Assembly (NCBI GenBank): GCA_965214705.1
Contig: CBDCCI010000002.1
Span: 2,496,001 to 2,560,000, forward strand
Source of the DNA: Alphaproteobacteria bacterium
GTDB lineage: Bacteria > Pseudomonadota > Alphaproteobacteria > UBA828
DNA length: 64,000 nucleotides
Direction of reading: 5' to 3'
Shown: positions 9,440-19,258 of the stretch, in pieces
How positions within the stretch are numbered: position 1 is the first letter of the stretch
Layout of the letters: every line of letters begins with the position of its first letter
Translations under genes and position numbers: made by a program
The notes under the pieces: model-generated
What the model was told of the DNA's origin: nothing
Databases searched by the model: none
The model's input: the letters and a program-made list of their open reading frames with translations, nothing else

Positions 9440-11029
9440 ATGGCCGGCAAGACCTCATATCGACCCGTCGTCCTCTGCGTGCTGGACGGGTGGGGCCATC
9501 GGGCGGAGACCGAGCACAATGCCATCGCGCTGGCAGAGACGCCGGTGTGGGACCGGCTGTGCGCCGCGCGCCCTTACGGCCTGCTCGCCACCGCCGGCGC
9601 CGCCGTGGGCCTGCCCGAAGGCCAGATGGGCAATTCCGAGGTGGGCCACATGACCATCGGCGCAGGCCGGGTGATCCTGCAGGACCTGCCTCGCATCGAT
9701 GCCGCCGTGGCTGACGGCTCGCTCGCGCGCAACCCGGCCCTGCTCTCGCTCATCCGGCGGCTGCGGGAGAGCGCCGGCAGCTGCCACCTGATGGGCCTGG
9801 TCTCGCCGGGCGGCGTGCATTCGCACCAGAACCACATCGTGGCGCTCGCGCGGATCGTGAGCGGCGCAGGCGTGCCGGTGGCGATCCACGCATTCCTCGA
9901 CGGCCGGGACGTGCCGCCGCGTTCGGCCATCGACGATCTGCCGGCATTCGAAGACTCGCTCCGCGATCTCCCCACCGTGCGGCTCGCGACCGTCGCCGGC
10001 CGCTACTACGCCATGGACCGGGACCAGCGCTGGGAGAGGACCGCGCGGGCCTACGACGCGATGGTCTCCGGAGAGGGCCGACCCGCGGCAAGCGCAATCG
10101 AAGCTGTGCGCGCGAGTTATGGGGAGGACGTGGGCGACGAGTTTGTCGAGCCCGCGGTAATCGCCGGTTACGAGGGAATGGCCGATGGCGACGGGCTTAT
10201 CATGGCCAACTTCCGCGCCGACCGCGCACGCCAGATCATGACGGCGCTGCTCGACCCGGACTTCGAAGGCTTCACGCGCACCCGGCGCGTGCGCTTCGCC
10301 GCAGCCTGCGGCATGTGCAGCTATTCCGAGACCCTGGATAGGCTGGCCGATACGCTGTTCCCGCCGCTGCAGGTGACGGACCATCTGGGCGAAATCGTCT
10401 CACGCGCCGGGCTGCGGCAGCTCCGCGTCGCCGAGACCGAGAAATACGCCCACGTCACCTTCTTCTTGAACGGCGGCGAGGAGACGGAGATGCCGGGCGA
10501 GGAGCGGGAGCTCGTGCCCTCGCCCAAGGTCGCGACCTACGACCTCCAGCCCGAGATGTCGGCGCCGGCGGTGACCGACCGCGCGGTGGGGGCGGTCGCG
10601 GGCGGGCGCTTCGACCTGATCGTCGTGAACTACGCCAACACCGACATGGTGGGCCACAGCGGCAACCTCGACGCGGCGATGGCGGCGGTGGCTGCCGTGG
10701 ACCGCTGCCTCGGCCGGCTCGCCGGTGCCGTGGAGGAGGCTGGCGGCGCATTGCTGATCACCGCCGATCACGGCAACGCCGAGCGGATGCGCGGCGCCGA
10801 CGGCACGACCCCCCACACGGCCCACACAGACGGCCCCGTCCCCGCCGTGCTCGTCGGTGCGCCGGGCCTGGCGCTCGGCGATGGCGCGCTTTCCGATATC
10901 GCACCGACCGTCCTCGACCTCATGGGCCTGCCCGCGCCGGCGGCGATGACCGGGCGCTCGCTGGCTATTCCGCTCCCATCGGCGGGCGCGGTGCCGGTCA
11001 GGAGTCGCCAGCCAGCACAGGCTCGATAG
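9440..11029 (+). CDS. gpmI: 2,3-bisphosphoglycerate-independent phosphoglycerate mutase
   Basis: LDGWG, MGNSEVGH, GGVHSH, AETEKYAHVT, DMVGH, TADHGNAE. Confidence 0.97.
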   Translation: MAGKTSYRPVVLCVLDGWGHRAETEHNAIALAETPVWDRLCAARPYGLLATAGAAVGLPEGQMGNSEVGHMTIGAGRVILQDLPRIDAAVADGSLARNPALLSLIRRLRESAGSCHLMGLVSPGGVHSHQNHIVALARIVSGAGVPVAIHAFLDGRDVPPRSAIDDLPAFEDSLRDLPTVRLATVAGRYYAMDRDQRWERTARAYDAMVSGEGRPAASAIEAVRASYGEDVGDEFVEPAVIAGYEGMADGDGLIMANFRADRARQIMTALLDPDFEGFTRTRRVRFAAACGMCSYSETLDRLADTLFPPLQVTDHLGEIVSRAGLRQLRVAETEKYAHVTFFLNGGEETEMPGEERELVPSPKVATYDLQPEMSAPAVTDRAVGAVAGGRFDLIVVNYANTDMVGHSGNLDAAMAAVAAVDRCLGRLAGAVEEAGGALLITADHGNAERMRGADGTTPHTAHTDGPVPAVLVGAPGLALGDGALSDIAPTVLDLMGLPAPAAMTGRSLAIPLPSAGAVPVRSRQPAQAR

Positions 11030-12383
11030 CACTCCCCAGGCGCAGCAGGCGCTCCTCGTCGCCGGGCGGCGCCATCAGCATGAGTCCCACCGGCACACCG
11101 TTGCCATCCCGCCCGCAGGGGAGCGTCAGCGCGCAGCACGCGAGATAGTTGGCGAGGCGCGTGTTGCGCAGGATCGCGGCGTTCGCGGCCTTGTAGACTT
11201 CGATGTCGGCTTCGAGATCGGCGATGGGCGACGGGCTCACCGCCACCGTGGGCATGACGAGAACGCCGTGCCGCCTGATTCGCGCGTGCAGGCGTCCGGC
11301 GATCTCGCCAAGCCCCTGCTTGGCCCGCGCTGCATCGGTGGCCGACATCTCCGCGCCGGAGCGAATCCTTTCCAGGATCGGCGTGTAGACCTGCTCGGGC
11401 CGCGACTCGATCACGTCGTACCACAGCGCGTGGCATTCGGCGGCGTGATAGGGGCCGAGACGACCGACCAGCGCCTCGGCCTCGTCGAACTCGGGCACCG
11501 GCGTCTCGCCGATGGCGCAGCCGGCTGCCCGCAGGCGCTCGACCGCGCCCCGCGTGGCGGCCTCGACCCCGGCATCGAGGGACTCCCACACGAGGGTGGT
11601 GGGCAGCGCAAAGCGATCGCGGTCGAGCGTGGCGCCTTCGAGGTCGGGCGCCGGGCGGTTGCCGGCGCCGAAGCGCCCGTCGAGCACCGCGAAAAGCGCC
11701 GCGGCGTCGGCCACGTCGTGGGCGAGCGGCCCCACCGTGTCCATGCTGGTGCTAAGCCCGAGCACACCGTCCAGCGGTAGCAACCCAAAGCTTGTCTTGA
11801 GACCGACGAGGCCGTTCCACGCGGCCGGCACCCGCACGGAGCCGCCGGTGTCCGAGCCGATGGCGGCGGCGGCGAGACCGCGCGAGAGGGAGACGGCCGC
11901 GCCCGAGGACGAGCCGCCGGGCAGGCGGTCGACGGTGGCGTCGAAGGGATTGGGCGGCGTGCCCAGCTTGGGATTGAGACCCAGAATGGAGAACGCGAAC
12001 TCGCTCTGGTTGGTCTTGCCGAGGCAGACCAGGCCCGCGCGGGTGGCGCGCGCCAGAACCTTTGCGTCGCGTCGGGCGACGCGGTCGGCCAGCGCAGGCG
12101 TGCCGTGGCCGGTGACGTCGCCGGCACTGTCGTAGAGGTCCTTCCACGAGATCGGCACGCCGTCGAGCGGCGACCGCCTGAGGCCCGCCTGGGCACGACG
12201 GTGGGCGGCCTCGGCCTCGGCGCGGGCGCGCTCGGTGGTGAGGCGTAGGTAGATCGCGCGGTCGCCGTCGGCGGCCCCGATTCGCTCGAGGAAGTGCTCG
12301 GTCAGCGCACGCGGGTCGATGGCGCCGCTCCCGATGCCCGCGCCGAGCGCGAGCGCGCTCATCCCGTGCCAGTCGCCGCTCAT
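10998..12383 (-). CDS. Amidase signature family protein
   Basis: GVPISWKD, PGGSSSG, IGSDTGGSVRVPA (Lys-Ser-Ser triad). Confidence 0.93.
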   Translation of the reverse strand: MSGDWHGMSALALGAGIGSGAIDPRALTEHFLERIGAADGDRAIYLRLTTERARAEAEAAHRRAQAGLRRSPLDGVPISWKDLYDSAGDVTGHGTPALADRVARRDAKVLARATRAGLVCLGKTNQSEFAFSILGLNPKLGTPPNPFDATVDRLPGGSSSGAAVSLSRGLAAAAIGSDTGGSVRVPAAWNGLVGLKTSFGLLPLDGVLGLSTSMDTVGPLAHDVADAAALFAVLDGRFGAGNRPAPDLEGATLDRDRFALPTTLVWESLDAGVEAATRGAVERLRAAGCAIGETPVPEFDEAEALVGRLGPYHAAECHALWYDVIESRPEQVYTPILERIRSGAEMSATDAARAKQGLGEIAGRLHARIRRHGVLVMPTVAVSPSPIADLEADIEVYKAANAAILRNTRLANYLACCALTLPCGRDGNGVPVGLMLMAPPGDEERLLRLGSAIEPVLAGDS

Positions 12384-12515
12384 GGTCCATTGCCTCCGGC
12401 CGCTCCCGTTTCCGCGCCCGCCCTTGTAGCCGCTCCCACGGCTGCGTGACAGTCGAGGCGCCGGGGCAAAGCGGGCGGCGGCAATAGCCTCCGTCAGACC
12501 GGCGGCTTTGCGCGC

Positions 12516-12545
12516 TTGCACCCTCTGCGGCGCCCTCGCTAAACT
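12516..12545 (+). promoter_or_regulatory. Possible sigma70 promoter of the ABC operon
   Basis: TTGCAC-18 nt-TAAACT in the divergent intergenic region. Confidence 0.35.
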
Positions 12546-12637
12546 CGCATTCACAACTTTGAAGACTCGGTCGGCGCGGCGCTTCGCCCGTCGGCTGGTG
12601 TGCGACCTTCGAACCACAAGCAAGGGGAGGCGGCTCG

Positions 12638-14038
12638 ATGGAGTGGTTTCACAAACGGAAGCAGACGAAGAAGCAGAAGTTCGACGAGGAGATCAAGGCC
12701 TCTGGCGGTCTGATCGATCCGCTGAACCCGTCGCGGCGCGGCTTCATGTCGATGGCGGGCACTGCGGCGATCGGCGCGATGGGCGTGGCCGGGGCCAACA
12801 CCCTGATCGCCCTCAACAACGGCGCCAAGGCCGACGGCGAGCCGATCCCGGTCGGCGCCATGCTGCCCTACACCGGATGGGGCGCGGAGGATTCGCGCAA
12901 CTTCGAGGCGGGCATCACCTTGGCGGTGGAGGAGATCAACTCCTACGGCGGCATCAATGGCCGGCCCATCGAGGTCCACTACGAGGACACCAAGGAGATC
13001 ACCGCTGAGACCGTGACCTCGGCCGCGCGGCGCCTGATCGACCGGCACGAGGTGCACGCCATCATCAACGGCTACAACTCGCTCTCGGTCCGAGCGGAGT
13101 ACGACACCATCGCGGATGCGGGCATTCCGTACATGCACGACAACACGCAGTACGGACACCAGTTCGCGGTGAGAGACAATCCGGATCGCTACTGGTGCAT
13201 CTTCCAGGACGACCCATCCGAGTACTACTACGGCTCGGGCCTGATCTACTTCCTCGATGAGCTCGAGAAGCTCGGCAAGTGGAAGCGCCCGAACAACAAG
13301 TTCGTGCTCTTCTCGGGCAGCATCGACTATGCGATCACCATCGCCGCTGCGGTGCGCGACACGGCTCCGCAGTTCGGCTGGGAGCTCGCGATCGACGATG
13401 TCGTGACCCAGCCGGTCGATGACTGGGGACCGGCACTGGTGCGTGCGCGTGAGGCCGACCCCGCAATCATCGCGGCGACTCACGGATTCCCGACCGATCA
13501 GACGGGCCTGGTCACCGGCTTCGCCGAGAACCCGACCAACAGCCTGGTCTACGTGCAGTACGCGCTGCAGCAGCGGGCCTTCCTCGACATCGTCAAGGAG
13601 ACCGGCCAAGGCGTGTTCTGCTCGACCACGATCGGCACCTTGCAGGACGAGATCGGCAACACCTTCTCGAGGAAGATCCGCGACCGCTGGGGCGAGGATA
13701 TGACCCCGATGGTCGGGGGGCAGGTGTACGACTCGTACTTCCTGTGGGCGATCGCGGCCTGCCGTGCCGGCGGCTCGGGCGTGCCCTACGACGGCATCGA
13801 GCAGAACAAGAAGGTCTGCACACTCATGCGCGAATCGATTTATCGCGGTGTGGTGGGCACCATCAAGTTCATGTGGGGCCAGGCGGCGCAGCCCTATCCG
13901 GCTGAGACGCCCGATCCCTCGCTCGGGATGCCGACGATCATGATGCAGTGTCAGGATTGGACCAAGGACGTGGTCTTCGTCGGGCCGGATCTCTACGCCA
14001 CGGCCGATTGGATGACCCCGCCGTGGCTCACCAGCTAG
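12638..14038 (+). CDS. ABC transporter substrate-binding protein (Liv/PBP1 type), Tat signal
   Basis: SRRGFM twin-arginine motif; LAVEEINSYGGINGRPIE. Confidence 0.9.
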   Translation: MEWFHKRKQTKKQKFDEEIKASGGLIDPLNPSRRGFMSMAGTAAIGAMGVAGANTLIALNNGAKADGEPIPVGAMLPYTGWGAEDSRNFEAGITLAVEEINSYGGINGRPIEVHYEDTKEITAETVTSAARRLIDRHEVHAIINGYNSLSVRAEYDTIADAGIPYMHDNTQYGHQFAVRDNPDRYWCIFQDDPSEYYYGSGLIYFLDELEKLGKWKRPNNKFVLFSGSIDYAITIAAAVRDTAPQFGWELAIDDVVTQPVDDWGPALVRAREADPAIIAATHGFPTDQTGLVTGFAENPTNSLVYVQYALQQRAFLDIVKETGQGVFCSTTIGTLQDEIGNTFSRKIRDRWGEDMTPMVGGQVYDSYFLWAIAACRAGGSGVPYDGIEQNKKVCTLMRESIYRGVVGTIKFMWGQAAQPYPAETPDPSLGMPTIMMQCQDWTKDVVFVGPDLYATADWMTPPWLTS

Positions 14039-14077
14039 GCTCCATCGCCCCGGAAGCATAGGAACACGGTTCATTCG

Positions 14078-14884
14078 ATGGTTTCCGGGGAGAGTACACC
14101 GCTGCTGGCGTGCCGAAACATTTTCAAGTATTTCGGCGCGCTGGTGGCGGTGAACGATTTCGATCTCGACGTTCACGTGGGCGACGTGGTTGGTATCGGC
14201 GGCCCCAATGGCGCCGGCAAGACCACGTTCCTCGACGTGATCTCCGGCATCAATCCGGCGACCAGCGGCGAGATCAAATTGCAGGGGCGGGATATTTCGA
14301 AGCTCCGTCCCGACCTCATCTGCCATCGGGGGATGGCGCGGACCTTCCAGCTCAATGCGGGCTTCGATTCACTGACGATTCGGGAGAATGTCCTGATCGG
14401 CTCGGCCTTCGGCCTTGGCGACCGCGGCGTGCCGGCTGTGACCTTCTCGCGGGCCATGCGCGAACGGGTGGACCGCGCGCTGGAGCTCTGCCGGCTCACC
14501 GAGCGCGCCGATGCGGTCGCCCGCGACGTGCCGGTGCTGGAACGCAAGCTCCTGATGCTCGCAAGCGCGGTGGCGACGGAACCCAAGCTCCTCCTGGTCG
14601 ACGAGCCGGTGGGCGGCCTCAACCCACACGAGGTCGACGACGTGATGGAGATCGTCGACGGACTCGCTGCGGAGGGCATGACGATCATCCTGATCGAGCA
14701 CGTGATGCGCTTCCTGCTCCAGATTTCGTCGCGCGTCGTCATCATGCACCACGGCGAGAAGATCTATGAGGGCGACACTCAGGGGCTGCTGAGCGACCGG
14801 CGGGTCGTCGAGGTCTATCTCGGCGAGGGCACGGCAGACCGTTTGCAGCACATGCTGGCGGATCGGGCGGGCGCCAATGGCTGA
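14078..14884 (+). CDS. ABC ATP-binding protein (LivG-like)
   Basis: GPNGAGKTT, ARTFQ, LLVDEPVGG, IEH. Confidence 0.93.
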   Translation: MVSGESTPLLACRNIFKYFGALVAVNDFDLDVHVGDVVGIGGPNGAGKTTFLDVISGINPATSGEIKLQGRDISKLRPDLICHRGMARTFQLNAGFDSLTIRENVLIGSAFGLGDRGVPAVTFSRAMRERVDRALELCRLTERADAVARDVPVLERKLLMLASAVATEPKLLLVDEPVGGLNPHEVDDVMEIVDGLAAEGMTIILIEHVMRFLLQISSRVVIMHHGEKIYEGDTQGLLSDRRVVEVYLGEGTADRLQHMLADRAGANG

Positions 14885-15593
14885 GCCCCTCCTCTCCGTT
14901 CAAAACCTGTACGCGGGGTACGAAGGACAGAGCGTCCTGAAGGACGTCTCTTTCGATGTGCCCGAAGGCGGGCTCATCAGCATGCTCGGCCCCAACGGGC
15001 ACGGCAAGACCACGCTACTGCGCTGCATAGCGGGCTTGCTTCGACCGAGCGGCGGCCACATCCATTTTGCAGGACGGCGGATCGAGGGCGCCGAGGCGGA
15101 AACGGTCGTCGGGATGGGCGTCGTCCTGATCCCTCAGGGGGACATGCTGTTCCCCGACATGAGCGTCTACGACAACCTCAAGATGGGCGCCTACCTGCCC
15201 CGGGTGCGCAAGACCTTCGACCAGGATGTCGAGAATATCTATGAGATCCTACCCCGACTGAAGGAGCGCACGACGCAGCTCGCGCGCACGCTCTCCGGCG
15301 GCGAGCGGCGCATGCTCGCCATCGGTCGCGGACTGCTCGCCGGCGGGCGCATCCTGATGATCGACGAACCCTCGCTCGGCCTCGCGCCCATCGTCATCGA
15401 CCAGATTTACGAGATCATTACCGACCTCAAGGCGTCGGGACGCACGATCCTCCTGGTAGAGGAGAATGCGAGCCGGATCATCGATCTCGCCGATCGCATT
15501 CACCTGCTCGACACGGGCCATATCGTCTGGGCCGGCGACGGCAGGGAGCTCCAAAACAACCAGCAAATCCTCGAGACCTATCTCGGCGGCTGA
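14877..15593 (+). CDS. ABC ATP-binding protein (LivF-like)
   Basis: GPNGHGKTT, LSGGE, DEPSLGLAP. Confidence 0.93.
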   Translation: MAEPLLSVQNLYAGYEGQSVLKDVSFDVPEGGLISMLGPNGHGKTTLLRCIAGLLRPSGGHIHFAGRRIEGAEAETVVGMGVVLIPQGDMLFPDMSVYDNLKMGAYLPRVRKTFDQDVENIYEILPRLKERTTQLARTLSGGERRMLAIGRGLLAGGRILMIDEPSLGLAPIVIDQIYEIITDLKASGRTILLVEENASRIIDLADRIHLLDTGHIVWAGDGRELQNNQQILETYLGG

Positions 15594-15611
15594 CGGTATC
15601 GGCAACGCACA

Positions 15612-16505
15612 GTGAACTTCTTCATCCAGATCATCGTCAGCGGCCTCACCTTCGGCGCCATGTATGCGCTCGCGGCGGTTGGGCTCGCCCTCGTCTGGGG
15701 CGCGTTCAACATGCTCAACATGGCCCACGGCATCATCATGACCTTGGGCGCCTATTTCGTCCTGGTCTGGGCGGAGTTGTTCGGTTTGCCGCTGTGGTTC
15801 GCGGGTCCCTTTGCCTTCCTCGCGGGCGGGATCGTGGGTGCGGTCATCTATTTCATCTCGGCCCACTGGATGCTGACGCAGAAGAACTTCGAGGTGACGA
15901 TCATCATCGCCACCTTCGGCCTCGGCATGGCGCTGGAAGCGGGCCTGATGAAGCTGCTGCGCGAGCTGTTCCAGGCCGCACCCTACGCCCAGCCGCTCTC
16001 GCTCGGCGCCGATTCATTCCTCGTGGGCGACGTCCCGGTCAGCTATCAGCGCCTCATCATCTGGGCGGTTGCGGTAGCGCTCATCGTCCTTGTCGCACTC
16101 TTCCTCACCCACACGACCATGGGCCGTGCCATCCGCGCGACCGCACAGAACCGCGACGCGGCGCGACTCATGGGTGTGAAGGTGAAGCGCGTCTACGTCA
16201 TCGTTCTGGGGCTCGCGAGCGGCCTCGCGGGCGTCGCCGGCATCATGCTGAGCTCCTTCAAGGACGTGGTGCCGCTGATGGGCCAGACGCCGATGCTCAA
16301 GGCGTTCATCGTCATCGTGCTCGCCGGCCTCGGCAACATGACCGGCGCCCTCTATGCGGCACTCCTGATCGGCATGGTGGAGGCGGCGGTGAAGGTGCTC
16401 GTGGCCGACAAGTGGGGCTTCCTCGCCATGCTCGTCGTGGTGGTGATCGCGATCATCTGGCGCCCCGCCGGGCTCTTCGGCAAACACCAGATCGCGCGCC
16501 AGTAG
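15612..16505 (+). CDS. ABC permease (LivH-like)
   Basis: Hydrophobic; LNMAHG, GRAIRATAQNRDAARLMGV. Confidence 0.92.
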   Translation: MNFFIQIIVSGLTFGAMYALAAVGLALVWGAFNMLNMAHGIIMTLGAYFVLVWAELFGLPLWFAGPFAFLAGGIVGAVIYFISAHWMLTQKNFEVTIIIATFGLGMALEAGLMKLLRELFQAAPYAQPLSLGADSFLVGDVPVSYQRLIIWAVAVALIVLVALFLTHTTMGRAIRATAQNRDAARLMGVKVKRVYVIVLGLASGLAGVAGIMLSSFKDVVPLMGQTPMLKAFIVIVLAGLGNMTGALYAALLIGMVEAAVKVLVADKWGFLAMLVVVVIAIIWRPAGLFGKHQIARQ

Positions 16506-16515
16506 CGGCGGAACG

Positions 16516-17574
16516 ATGAAGACTCGCGATTACATCCTCTTCGCCATTCTGCTGGCAGTAGCCGCGGCATTCCCCTTCATGGGTGTGCCTCGCTACATCA
16601 TCGCGAGCGCGCTGCTGCTTTTCTGCTACGCGACCGTGGTCAGCCAGTGGAACCTGGTGTTCGGCGTGGCTGGCATCTTCTCGCTGGCGCAGCTCGCGAT
16701 CTTTGCCTTCGGCGCCTACACATCGGCGCTGATGGGACGCTATCTCGATTGGAGCCTGTGGCCCACCTTCCCCGTCGCCGGCGCCGCCGGCGTGGTGTTC
16801 AGCATCTTCATCGGTCTCGCCTGCCTCAGGATGCGGGGCATCTACGTCGCCCTGCTGACGCTCGCGATCTCGCAGACCATGTTCGTGCTGATCCAGACGG
16901 ACTCCGACTGCAGCGCGCTCAACAAGGTCATCAATCCGGCGACCTGCGTCTCGTTCACGGGCGGCGCGCAGGGACTCGGCGACTTCGGCACCTTCGGCTG
17001 GCGCGAGGTGCTGGGCGGGCGCAACTGGATGATGGGCGACTACTACACGATGCTGGGCCTCCTCATCGTCGCGCTCGTCTTCACCGCGGCGATGACTCAG
17101 AGCCGCATCGGCCTCGCCTTCAAGGCGCTGCGAGACAACGAGGAGCTCGCCACCTCCCGAGGCGTGAGCGTCTTCAAGTACCAACTCATCGTCTTCGCCG
17201 CCTCGGCCTTCCTGACCTCCATGGCGGGCGCCTTCTACGCGGCGCACTTCGGCTCGGTCGGCTCGAACCTCGTGGGCTTCGCGCTGCTGCTCTTCCTGAT
17301 CTCGATGCTCGTAGTCGGCGGCATCGGGCGCCTCTGGGGGCCGCTGCTCGGCGCCGGGCTGTTGATGGTCGCCGACGAGTTCTTCAAGGAGTTCTCCGAC
17401 CTGCGCAATATCGGCCTCGGGGTGGTGGTCCTGCTCTTCATGATCTTCCTGCCGGAAGGCGTGGCTGGCGCGATCGAATCCGTCTGTAAGCGCCTGCAGC
17501 GGATTCCTCTGGTCCGACGCATCGAGCAGCAATTGGCCGAGAGACTACGACGACGCTCGGCCGCGCCCGACTAG
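16516..17574 (+). CDS. ABC permease (LivM-like)
   Basis: RMRGIYVALLTLA, ALRDNEELA, FLPEG. Confidence 0.92.
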   Translation: MKTRDYILFAILLAVAAAFPFMGVPRYIIASALLLFCYATVVSQWNLVFGVAGIFSLAQLAIFAFGAYTSALMGRYLDWSLWPTFPVAGAAGVVFSIFIGLACLRMRGIYVALLTLAISQTMFVLIQTDSDCSALNKVINPATCVSFTGGAQGLGDFGTFGWREVLGGRNWMMGDYYTMLGLLIVALVFTAAMTQSRIGLAFKALRDNEELATSRGVSVFKYQLIVFAASAFLTSMAGAFYAAHFGSVGSNLVGFALLLFLISMLVVGGIGRLWGPLLGAGLLMVADEFFKEFSDLRNIGLGVVVLLFMIFLPEGVAGAIESVCKRLQRIPLVRRIEQQLAERLRRRSAAPD

Positions 17575-17595
17575 ACTCTCAGAGGACCGAACGCC

Positions 17596-19257
17596 ATGAC
17601 GCGGTGGCATAAGCGTGTAAGCGCCGCCATCGTGATGCTGGCCGTGCTGGCGGTGGCTGCCAGCGCGGCCGGCTCGCAGGCTGCCGACATCACCGAGCCT
17701 GTTGCGCCGCGCTTCGTCAATGTCGCCGCCACAGCCGGGGTCGAGCACGCCTATACCGGCGACTGGACGCACTACGTGGGTGGCGGTGTCGCTGCATTCG
17801 ACTGCGACCTCGACGGCGATCCGGACCTCTTCTTCGCCGGCGGTGCGAGCCCGGCCCGGCTCTATCGCAACGACAGCGCGCCGGGCACGTTGCGCTTCTC
17901 CGCACTGGCCGACAGCGAACTCGTCGAGACCGGCGTGACCGGCGCCTACCCTCTGGATATCGACGGCGACGGCATGATGGACCTCGCCGTGCTCCGGCTC
18001 GGCGCGAACCGGCTCTACCGGGGTCTCGGCGACTGCCGCTTCGCGCGCGCCGACGACGCCTGGAACGTGCCCGGTGGCGACGGCTGGACCACCGCGTTCA
18101 GCGCCGTCTGGGAGGGCGACAGCCGGCTGCCGACCCTCGCCTTCGGCGACTACGTCGACCGCGACATGTGGGCGGCCATGCACACGCCTTTCGGCGATTC
18201 GGCGACCAGCGCGGCGCCGACCCCGGCCTGCCCCGACAATGTCCTGTTCCGCCCGGCGAGCGTCGATGCCGCGACGTACGGGCCGGTGATACCCCTCAGT
18301 CCGGGCCACTGCCCGCTCTCGATGCTGTTCTCTGATTGGAGCCGCACGGGGCGTCCGGACCTGCGCGTCAGCAACGACCGCTTCTATCACGAGGACACCG
18401 GCGAGGAGCAGCTCTGGCATCTGGGCGCCGAGCCCCGGCTCTACGGCCGGGCCGACGGCTGGCCGCGCCTCAGAATCTGGGGCATGGGGATCGCCAGCCA
18501 CGACCTCACCGGCGACGGGCTGCCCGACTACTTCCTCTCCAACATGGGGGCGAACAGGCTGCGCACGCTCGCACCTGGCGCCATCGCCGGGCCCGAGTTC
18601 CGCGAGATTGCCTTCGAACGCGGCGTGGAGGCCAAACGCCCCCACGCGGGCGATGACGAGCGCCCGTCTACCGCCTGGCATTCGCAGTTCGCCGACGTGA
18701 ACAACGACGGCTGGATCGACCTCTTCGTCGCCAAGGGCAACGTGGAGGAGATGGAGGAGGCTGCGGCGGACGACCCGAACAACCTGCTCCTGGGTGGCCC
18801 TGACGGCCGCTTCCGCGAGGCCTCGGTGGAGGCAGGCGCGGCCAGCATGGGGCGGAGCCGTGGTGGCGCCGTGATCGACCTCGACCTCGACGGCCTGCTC
18901 GATATCGTCGTGGTGAATCGCATGACCAACGTCGAGATCTTGTACAACCGGAGCCGGGGCGCCGGCCGCTGGCTTCAGGTCATGCTGCAGCAGGAAAGCG
19001 CCAACCGGAACGCCATCGGCGCCTGGATCGAGGTGCGTACCGCCGGCCGCATCCAGCGCCACGAGGTGGTGGTCGGCGGCGGCCACGTCAGCGGGCAGGC
19101 CGGCTGGATTCACGTCGGCCTGGGCGCTGCAGAAACTGTGGAGATTCGGGCCCAATGGCCGGACGGGACCTGGAGCCCCTGGCAGCACACCGCCGCGAAT
19201 CGCTTCCTACTGATCGAGCGCGGGCGTACAGTGGTCGACGCGCGTCGAACCAGGTGA
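17596..19257 (+). CDS. Secreted CRTAC1-family protein (FG-GAP/VCBS repeats plus ASPIC/UnbV domain)
   Basis: Signal peptide; repeated DxDxDGxxDL motifs; C-terminal NRNAIGA..GGGHVSG..HVGLG..WPDG. Confidence 0.9.
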   Translation: MTRWHKRVSAAIVMLAVLAVAASAAGSQAADITEPVAPRFVNVAATAGVEHAYTGDWTHYVGGGVAAFDCDLDGDPDLFFAGGASPARLYRNDSAPGTLRFSALADSELVETGVTGAYPLDIDGDGMMDLAVLRLGANRLYRGLGDCRFARADDAWNVPGGDGWTTAFSAVWEGDSRLPTLAFGDYVDRDMWAAMHTPFGDSATSAAPTPACPDNVLFRPASVDAATYGPVIPLSPGHCPLSMLFSDWSRTGRPDLRVSNDRFYHEDTGEEQLWHLGAEPRLYGRADGWPRLRIWGMGIASHDLTGDGLPDYFLSNMGANRLRTLAPGAIAGPEFREIAFERGVEAKRPHAGDDERPSTAWHSQFADVNNDGWIDLFVAKGNVEEMEEAAADDPNNLLLGGPDGRFREASVEAGAASMGRSRGGAVIDLDLDGLLDIVVVNRMTNVEILYNRSRGAGRWLQVMLQQESANRNAIGAWIEVRTAGRIQRHEVVVGGGHVSGQAGWIHVGLGAAETVEIRAQWPDGTWSPWQHTAANRFLLIERGRTVVDARRTR

Positions 19258-19258
19258 C

